This document shows, piece by piece, positions 57,512-64,000 of a stretch of DNA of 64,000 nt. The translations under genes and the position numbers were made by a program. The DNA is taken from contig JBAZYY010000007.1 of assembly GCA_041659065.1 (NCBI GenBank), positions 863 through 64,862 on the forward strand, read 5' to 3'. The DNA comes from Parcubacteria group bacterium (GTDB taxonomy: Bacteria > Patescibacteriota > Minisyncoccia > Moranbacterales > UBA11712). The notes beneath the pieces are model-generated. The model did not search any database, was not told the origin of the DNA, and saw only the letters and a list, made by a program, of their open reading frames with translations. Within the stretch, counting starts at the first letter, position 1, and each line of letters opens with the position of its first letter.

Positions 57512-58381
57512 TTAGTATTTTTTCTGGTAAACTGGAACATCCAGTCTTTCAAGCACCGGCGCGAGTTCCATCGTGAGAATCTTGGCCAGATCAAACATTG
57601 AATACAAATCTTCTTTCGTGCTGATAACGCTCGAGGAATAAATATAGAGATGGTCTCCGGTAAACTCGAGATCAAACTTCTTTGATTTGTCGATGAGCTT
57701 GGCCATAACATCGGGCGCGAAAATCTGCAGAGCCTCGATTGCATATCCGCGGGGGACATAGAGGGTAAAATATTTGTTAAAATCTCCCTCGAGGGAAATA
57801 ATCTCTTCGCCTTGAAGCTTGGGAGAAGGGCCATTGGTAAAAATGTTGCGATGGTGCGCGTCCAAAAATATTCTGGGCAGATTGCATTTATAATGAATTT
57901 CACAAACTGTGAAACTTATGGTCTGCTTATTTTTTCCATATCCCTTCTTGCAGCTGAAAGTAAAAAACTTTACGGGAAGCCCTAGGTATTCTCCGCTGAC
58001 AACATCCTCGACGGTGCGGTCATATCCAATGTCGAGATAAGGCGCCGGATAAAAAGCAATCGAATCCCACCGTTGATAAGAAAAATTATTAGTCTTGGCG
58101 AACTGCTGCATAAAAGCGTGGCGGATATTTTTTTGGATGAAGCCATAAGCTAGAAAAAAGAGGCCAATAGGAATAAACATCAGATTATAGACCCTAAAGG
58201 CCAGGGAAAACCAAGCGAAAACCAAGACAACAACGAGAAAGAAAATAGCAAGAGCCAGATAATTTTTGCGGATGTATAAAAGCGCGCTTTGATTCACGCT
58301 CTCAATATCCTCGTCAATGATAGGAATATCCGTATTATTTACAACAAATGATGAATCGAGTTCATAATCACTTATGGTCAT
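57512..58381 (-). CDS. Hypothetical membrane protein (DUF3137-like)
   Basis: Two TM segments followed by LEGDFNKYFTLY..ALQIFAPDVM. Confidence 0.6.
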   Translation of the reverse strand: MTISDYELDSSFVVNNTDIPIIDEDIESVNQSALLYIRKNYLALAIFFLVVVLVFAWFSLAFRVYNLMFIPIGLFFLAYGFIQKNIRHAFMQQFAKTNNFSYQRWDSIAFYPAPYLDIGYDRTVEDVVSGEYLGLPVKFFTFSCKKGYGKNKQTISFTVCEIHYKCNLPRIFLDAHHRNIFTNGPSPKLQGEEIISLEGDFNKYFTLYVPRGYAIEALQIFAPDVMAKLIDKSKKFDLEFTGDHLYIYSSSVISTKEDLYSMFDLAKILTMELAPVLERLDVPVYQKKY

Positions 58382-58498
58382 AAGAAGTATTTAAGTAGTT
58401 AGCTTTGCAGGATTAGCTATCAATATTTTACCATTCTAATCCAGAATAAACCACTTATAATAGCAAATTAGCATTCTTTAGCGAGAATAAATCTCATC

Positions 58499-59233
58499 TC
58501 AAATTTTTTTCAATTCATCATTCAAAAAAATTAATGTTTCTCGCTTGATTACTTTTCTGATCTGCTGAAATTTATCAGGTGCCATCAATAGATTCAAATC
58601 CTGCGTGATTATTTTTTCCGTGAACTTTTTTTCGATGAAACCGGTCAATTTTTTCAGATATGATTTGACCGAAGTTTTTCTTCTCTCTTCGATAACCGCC
58701 GAATTATAGTTATATCCCTGAAGAAAAAAATGATGAATGTCGTAGAGATCGCGCCCTGCCAGCGAATCCTTTTTCTCCCAGCGGTCAATGATTGCCACCA
58801 GCTTGTTGGCGAACATTGTTTCAATGGTCTGACAAATAATGATCCGGTCGATTTCGACGAATCTCGCGGCTTTATAAACATTCGATTTTGGCGGAGGAAA
58901 AGTTGTATCGATTTTCAACGTATTTCGCCCGCCTGCCGGAACCGGATATTTCAAAAAATATTGGGGAACAATCTGGCTTTTGTCTTTGATCTCCAAGCCC
59001 AATCCGGAAAATATTTTTTCCATACGCCGCCTGACATTTTTCAATTCTTTTTTCGATCCGACATAGTCAAAATCAAGGTCAACCGAAAAACGGTCAAGCC
59101 AACCAAGCATTGCCGCGCAAGTCCCGCCTTTGAAGCGCAGAGTTGCGGCAACCACGGGATCGTCATACAACTCGGCCAGCAGGCGATACAACCAGGCCTT
59201 ATGCACTGCGTCTTTTGGACTTGGAATAATCAT
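58499..59233 (-). CDS. AbiEii nucleotidyltransferase toxin (type IV TA)
   Basis: FKGGTC..RFSVDLDF, K..A, RDLYD. Confidence 0.9.
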   Translation of the reverse strand: MIIPSPKDAVHKAWLYRLLAELYDDPVVAATLRFKGGTCAAMLGWLDRFSVDLDFDYVGSKKELKNVRRRMEKIFSGLGLEIKDKSQIVPQYFLKYPVPAGGRNTLKIDTTFPPPKSNVYKAARFVEIDRIIICQTIETMFANKLVAIIDRWEKKDSLAGRDLYDIHHFFLQGYNYNSAVIEERRKTSVKSYLKKLTGFIEKKFTEKIITQDLNLLMAPDKFQQIRKVIKRETLIFLNDELKKI

Positions 59234-59807
59234 AATATTTTGGTGTTAATGGATAACCGATTTCTTTTTGAATTATTTTCACTTTTTTCCAGTCGAGAAG
59301 ATTCGCGCCATCCAGATAGGCGCTGGGATTGAAGTACAGCAGATCAGCGGCGGCTCGCTCCGGCCGCGCTAAAAATACTCCGCCCTTATTTTCGATCCCT
59401 GTTGGATTGAATAAAAATTTATCCGCTAGATGCCGCGACAGATAGGCGTTGCCCCCGGCGGAAAACTTTTTGGATTTGGAGCTTACCAGCGTGATCCAAT
59501 TTATCTTCTGCGCGATCACTCCCGCCTCCATCAAAATCGTTTCTGTGCTCACATAGGCATATTCGTGGAGCGCCTTGACGCCCAAAAAAAGCGGATCAAT
59601 TTCGCCCGCGGGGAAAATGGAATATAACCCCTTATATATCCGAAACAAAAGCCCGCGCTCGGCATAGCGTTTGAGCGTGGTATAAAGGGTATTGTTGTTG
59701 CTGATTCCCCACAAATTGGCCAGATCCCGCGCATGAAAAACGGTTTCTCTCATCCGCGCCAATTGCGCAAACCGCTCCGAAACGTTGTTATTATATCCTG
59801 TACTCAT
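59199..59807 (-). CDS. AbiEi-like antitoxin
   Basis: wHTH (RIYKGLY), YVSTETIL, PERAAAD; overlaps abiEii. Confidence 0.82.
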   Translation of the reverse strand: MSTGYNNNVSERFAQLARMRETVFHARDLANLWGISNNNTLYTTLKRYAERGLLFRIYKGLYSIFPAGEIDPLFLGVKALHEYAYVSTETILMEAGVIAQKINWITLVSSKSKKFSAGGNAYLSRHLADKFLFNPTGIENKGGVFLARPERAAADLLYFNPSAYLDGANLLDWKKVKIIQKEIGYPLTPKYYDYSKSKRRSA

Positions 59808-59901
59808 ATGTACAGTATAATATATTGTGAAAATTGTGTCAAACTATAAAAAAGGCCAGCTCCAATATAAATGAGCAGGCCTTAGATATCTTGAATGAAT
59901 C

Positions 59902-60618
59902 TTAGCTTTTCCTTGCAGTCAGCAGCATTTCCAAATGATGGCGATGGCTGGTTGCCACATCAGTAAAGCCAATGCGTTTCATGAGCTCGACAGATTCGTG
60001 TTCTCTCATAATAATTTCCGGACGGTTATCTATTTTGTAATGTTCAATCCAGCCATTTCTAGCATCGTTATCCGGCGCTTTTTCAAATTGCGCCATTTGC
60101 CACAAATATTCTTTTTGGTATTCTTTTCTATTGTCTGGAACATATTTATCAGCGTTTATAAAGAATCCGCCTGGTTTCAGAATTCGACAAATTTCTCGAA
60201 GCATTTTTTCGCGGTAACTGCGATCAAAGTTGTGAATCGTCAAGGCGCTTGCCAAACAATCGGCACTTTGCCTCTTTACGTTTTTCAGATATTTCAGAGC
60301 ATCTTTTTGAATTATTTCAGTTCGACCGCATCGGATATATTCCGCCAAGTTTTTTTTGGCTTCCCTAACCATTTTGGGTTCATTATCAACACTTTCGAGA
60401 TGAATCCTGCGATCAATATCTAAAATTATTTTAGAGGTCAATCCGGCGCCGGTTCCAATTTCGATAATATTGATATTTTGACCGGTAAATTTCCTAAAAT
60501 ATTTTTTTAGCGTTATGCCAATCAGCTTTTCCAGCTTTCTTTGATGAGGGGCATAAGTATGAATTGATGCCAACTTTTTACCCGAGAGCGATTTGTTAAA
60601 ACGCTTATTGATATTCAT
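59902..60618 (-). CDS. Class I SAM methyltransferase
   Basis: IEIGTGAG, VD, TIHN, LKPGGFFINAD. Confidence 0.88.
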   Translation of the reverse strand: MNINKRFNKSLSGKKLASIHTYAPHQRKLEKLIGITLKKYFRKFTGQNINIIEIGTGAGLTSKIILDIDRRIHLESVDNEPKMVREAKKNLAEYIRCGRTEIIQKDALKYLKNVKRQSADCLASALTIHNFDRSYREKMLREICRILKPGGFFINADKYVPDNRKEYQKEYLWQMAQFEKAPDNDARNGWIEHYKIDNRPEIIMREHESVELMKRIGFTDVATSHRHHLEMLLTARKS

Positions 60619-60663
60619 ATACTTCTCTTGGATTAATTAAAAAAACCTGCTGCAACATATTAT

Positions 60664-61845
60664 TTAAATCACCACTTTCTCTCCATGCTCCCAAAGGATG
60701 TTGAAATAATTCGTATATCCTTTTACGACCTTCTTATTTCTTATCTCGATTATCGTCGGTTCCTTGTCGAAAATAAGCAAAAGCACTGTGTCGCCATAGA
60801 TATTTACATTGGAGGGCACTTCAGTTTTTACATCGAATATGCGATATTCGGTCAGCTCGGGATCTTCAAGCAAATTTTTCTTTTCGGATTCAACCAGTTC
60901 GTATAAAGTCATCTTTAACTTGATTTTTTTCTCGCGCCTGATCCTGCTCCACTCCTCATGCGCGCCTGCCATATGTTTCCACCAATCTTCTTTGGCCGCG
61001 CCCAAAACCAAATATTCTCCTCCGGGCTTTATCCTTTTCATGAAACCAATATTGAACGCCTTGAAGTTTTCAACTCCCTCATAAACATTGATCTCCTGGG
61101 AATGCGCTTTGAGATCACTCAAAAAATCGCGAATTTTTTTGTTCTTTGATTCATAAATCAGTTTGTTTGGACTGCCTTCTTCAACTATTTTGCCATTATC
61201 CATAAAAATTATCTCATCGGCAATTTCATTGGCAAACTCTATGTGATGGGTGACTATCACCATTGTTTGACCTTCATAGGCCAGCCTTTTTAGGAGCTTC
61301 AAAATTCCGCTGACAAGTTCCGGATCAAGCGATGACGTGATTTCGTCAAATAGGATTATTTCCGGTTCCATAGCCAGAGTTCTTGCAATGGCCGCCCGTT
61401 GCCTTTGGCCGCCGGACAAAAAATCAGGATAGGCATCTTTTTTGTTTTCAAGATCGACTTTTTGAAGCATCTCGAGAGCCTTTATTTCAGCTTCCGGTTT
61501 TGGAATTTTTTTGACCAGCATCAGAGGCTCGACAATGTTTTCAAAAACTGATTTATGAGGCCATAGGTTGAAATCTTGAAATACAATTCCTATATTTTTT
61601 CTCGCCTTTGTCTTTTCATGCTCTTGGGACGATGGAAAGATCTCCGTGTTGCCATGATAAATGATTTTCCCCTCGTCAAAGTTTTCAAGCAAAGCCAGGC
61701 ATCGCAGAAGCGTAGTTTTGCCGGAACCGCTGGGTCCGATCACGCACTTTATTTCTCCCTTTCCAATCTCAAAGCTAACCCCGTTCAGTACCGGGAGAGA
61801 TTTATATTTTTTTCGCAGATTGAAAATTTTGATAATCGGTTTCAT
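60664..61845 (-). CDS. Polar amino-acid ABC ATPase fused to a TrmB-like C-terminal effector domain
   Basis: GPSGSGKT, LSGGQRQR, DEITSSLDPE, then NVYEG...NIYGDTV...YFNILW. Confidence 0.88.
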   Translation of the reverse strand: MKPIIKIFNLRKKYKSLPVLNGVSFEIGKGEIKCVIGPSGSGKTTLLRCLALLENFDEGKIIYHGNTEIFPSSQEHEKTKARKNIGIVFQDFNLWPHKSVFENIVEPLMLVKKIPKPEAEIKALEMLQKVDLENKKDAYPDFLSGGQRQRAAIARTLAMEPEIILFDEITSSLDPELVSGILKLLKRLAYEGQTMVIVTHHIEFANEIADEIIFMDNGKIVEEGSPNKLIYESKNKKIRDFLSDLKAHSQEINVYEGVENFKAFNIGFMKRIKPGGEYLVLGAAKEDWWKHMAGAHEEWSRIRREKKIKLKMTLYELVESEKKNLLEDPELTEYRIFDVKTEVPSNVNIYGDTVLLLIFDKEPTIIEIRNKKVVKGYTNYFNILWEHGEKVVI

Positions 61846-62513
61846 GTGGATTTTCTTTCAAAACTTAATTTTTTTTCAATCAGGTATGAGATACCGACGA
61901 AAGGCATTATTATCAGAAGATACATAATAGCAACTATGGTATACACCTCAAGAGGTCGATAGGTTTGGCTGATAATGATAGTTCCCATATGGAGAATTTC
62001 ATTCACTGCGATTACCGAAGCCAGAGAGGACAATTTTATCTGATTGATATAGAGATTCATTAGGTTTGGCAGTATTCTTTGAAAGACTTGGGGAAGAATG
62101 ATTTTCCGCATCGTCATCATTTTGCTGTATCCAAGCGTGATGGCGGATTCCGCCTGCCCTTTGGGAATAGATTCGATTCCGGCGCGAATTGTTTCCGCGA
62201 TATAGGCGGCAAGATTCAAAGAAAGCCCGATGAACGCGACCAAAAAGCCGGACATGACAACATTCACGCTGGGCAGAACATAATAGAGCCAAATCAAAAC
62301 AACCAGCAACGGAATTTGCCGGAACAATTCTATGATCGCAACAGCTGGAAAGCTTATCAGCGGATGTTTTGTCCCGCGGAGAAGCGCCAGCAGAAGACCA
62401 AGCAGAGTGCCTGCGAGAAGGACAAGGGCGCAAAGTTCAATCGTCACCCAAGCCCCTCTCAACAGAGCAACTTTATGAATCCAGATTATATTCCAGTGCC
62501 ATTCGTACATCAA
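61842..62513 (-). CDS. Amino-acid ABC transporter permease
   Basis: AYIAETIRAGIESIPKGQAESA (EAA loop). Confidence 0.93.
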   Translation of the reverse strand: MMYEWHWNIIWIHKVALLRGAWVTIELCALVLLAGTLLGLLLALLRGTKHPLISFPAVAIIELFRQIPLLVVLIWLYYVLPSVNVVMSGFLVAFIGLSLNLAAYIAETIRAGIESIPKGQAESAITLGYSKMMTMRKIILPQVFQRILPNLMNLYINQIKLSSLASVIAVNEILHMGTIIISQTYRPLEVYTIVAIMYLLIIMPFVGISYLIEKKLSFERKST

Positions 62514-62528
62514 TCCAGAATTAGCTTA

Positions 62529-63395
62529 TTATTGTCCGCTAGTCATAAACTGATCTTTCTTATACATAACCGCGGCGTCGTATTTCTTTTCGAACTGCCT
62601 TGTGATTCCCTTGAGCTCCATCACAGAAAAAGCGTTGTTCAAAAAATTTAGGAATTTCAAATCATCCTGACGTACTGCATAGGCAGCCGGATTCAGACTG
62701 AAGGGATCGTTGGCGAATACATTTCTAACTTCGGGATGTTTCTTGCTCCAATCTTCTCCCACTGGACTTGAAACTATCCCAACGTCGGCTCTTTTGGTTG
62801 AAACTGCTGTCAGAAAATTAGAAGTGTCGCCTGCCTCCACATCAACCACTTCAATCTTGGCATTTTTGAAATTATCTTTTACAAAAAGATGCCCGGATTC
62901 TCCATTTGCCACGATGACTGTGTATTCAGGCTTGTCGAATTCCATCACGTCTTTGACGTTGGCAAATCGGCCGTCATTTGCGTTCACAAGCGCAGTATTT
63001 CCTTCAAAATTAAGAGGATCAGTGAATGCTATTTCATAGGCTCTCGGAACAAGATTATAATAATAAAGAGTCATATCGCATTTTCCAGTGACCAAGTCAG
63101 CAACCAGATTCCCCCATGTACTTTCGACAAAATCGACCTTGGCATTGATTTGATTGGCAATATATTCAACTGCGTCAACGGAATGTCCGGAAAGTTTTCC
63201 CGTTTCGGGATCCTTGATGATCGAAGTCGCAAACGGAACATAGCAGGCCGAAAAAGAGCCCGTTTTTTTGATTTTTTCCAAAGTGTCGACCTTGGCACTT
63301 TGCGGAGCGTTTGCTTTTTGCACTTTTGCCATACTCACGACTGCAATAACAATCGCGATGGCGGCGACTGTCATTGTGACGTAGTCCCTACGCAT
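62529..63395 (-). CDS. Amino-acid ABC substrate-binding protein (family 3)
   Basis: Signal/TM anchor, TLEKIKKTG, WGNLVADL..GKCD, FTDP. Confidence 0.9.
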   Translation of the reverse strand: MRRDYVTMTVAAIAIVIAVVSMAKVQKANAPQSAKVDTLEKIKKTGSFSACYVPFATSIIKDPETGKLSGHSVDAVEYIANQINAKVDFVESTWGNLVADLVTGKCDMTLYYYNLVPRAYEIAFTDPLNFEGNTALVNANDGRFANVKDVMEFDKPEYTVIVANGESGHLFVKDNFKNAKIEVVDVEAGDTSNFLTAVSTKRADVGIVSSPVGEDWSKKHPEVRNVFANDPFSLNPAAYAVRQDDLKFLNFLNNAFSVMELKGITRQFEKKYDAAVMYKKDQFMTSGQ

Positions 63396-63765
63396 GTCTT
63401 TTGTCGATTTGTCGAAGGCTGAAAAGTTTCAGTCCCTGATCAAATCATAAGGTTGATTATAAGCGAGAATATTTCATTATAAATTATTGAATATATTATA
63501 ACACATTCTCGCCTTTCTTGAGCCGGTGAGATAAACCCTCACAAACTCGAGAAAGTGGATGTTGAATATGCCGTTTTTAATAACGCAGAATTAATGGTTA
63601 GCAAAGAATTATAGCCTAAAGAATGAAAGAAATCAATAGATTGCTTGAAAATTTCTAAAAAATGTGATAAAATGTCATTGGGATAGTAAAATATAAAGAA
63701 TAACATCCGTGAAACATAGGGAAATTGGCCAATATGGCATAATTTGGCTTGTATAAAGTTAAAAA

Positions 63766-63872
63766 ACCTCACCCCAGCCCTCTCCTTGAATAAGGAGAGG
63801 GAGAAAATAGCTTAAATAAAGCGCCAATCAAAAAACTCCTTCTCCTTTATAAGGAGAAGGTCGGGATGAGGT
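63766..63872. repeat. Orphan pair of REP-like hairpin repeats (same family as the DUF559 flanks)
   Basis: ACCTCACCCCAG-CCCTCTCCTT-GAAT-AAGGAGAGGG and CCTTCTCCTT-TAT-AAGGAGAAGG-TCGGGATGAGGT. Confidence 0.75.
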
Positions 63873-63880
63873 CGAAAGAT

Positions 63881-64000
63881 ATGATAAAACTCACCGAACT
63901 CGACAAAAAAATACTATTTGAACTCGACCGCGACGGGCGGGCGAGTTATTCGAAAATTGCGCGAAACATTGGTACGACGCCTCAAGTCGTGAAATATCAT
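63881..64000 (+). CDS. Lrp/AsnC-family regulator, partial
   Basis: MIKLTELDKKILFELDRDGRASYSKIARNIGTTPQVVKYH; runs off the window edge. Confidence 0.85.
   Translation, partial: MIKLTELDKKILFELDRDGRASYSKIARNIGTTPQVVKYH

Noticed and set aside
1-64000. CRISPR array or cas genes
   Set aside because: No regularly spaced direct repeats with unique spacers and no Cas-like ORF. The palindromes are dispersed singles.

Overview
This is a 64 kb AT-rich chromosomal segment. Gene content suggests Patescibacteria/CPR (Parcubacteria-like); that assignment is inference. The housekeeping backbone includes rplS, clpP, tig, ppa, nusA, ispD/F/E, murF, ddl, cca, ribH/ribE, infB, rbfA, gpmI, rny and HU, plus 13 tRNA genes, one of which (tRNA-Phe) is split by a group I intron. 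Gene polarity flips at about 13.4 kb, next to five parS-like palindromes. Four TrmB-family regulators each face a divergent accessory cassette. Two of these cassettes look like RiPP systems whose precursors are missing from the ORF track. (1) Two tandem near-identical 15-16 aa peptides (MAAANTGTKGGQETRK, MAGANVGTKGGKQTR) lie ahead of a hairpin, a SPASM-less radical SAM enzyme and a 66-aa protein. (2) A methyltransferase and a splicease-like radical SAM/SPASM enzyme are followed by a 49-aa peptide whose core (MYVNSPGG) resembles the ClpP YINSPGG motif. A second theme is tRNA-gene turnover: intact tRNAs nested in or next to decayed same-anticodon copies, tRNA-associated GIY-YIG nucleases, and short palindromic elements inserted into tRNA remnants, the intron and, in frame, into proteins.
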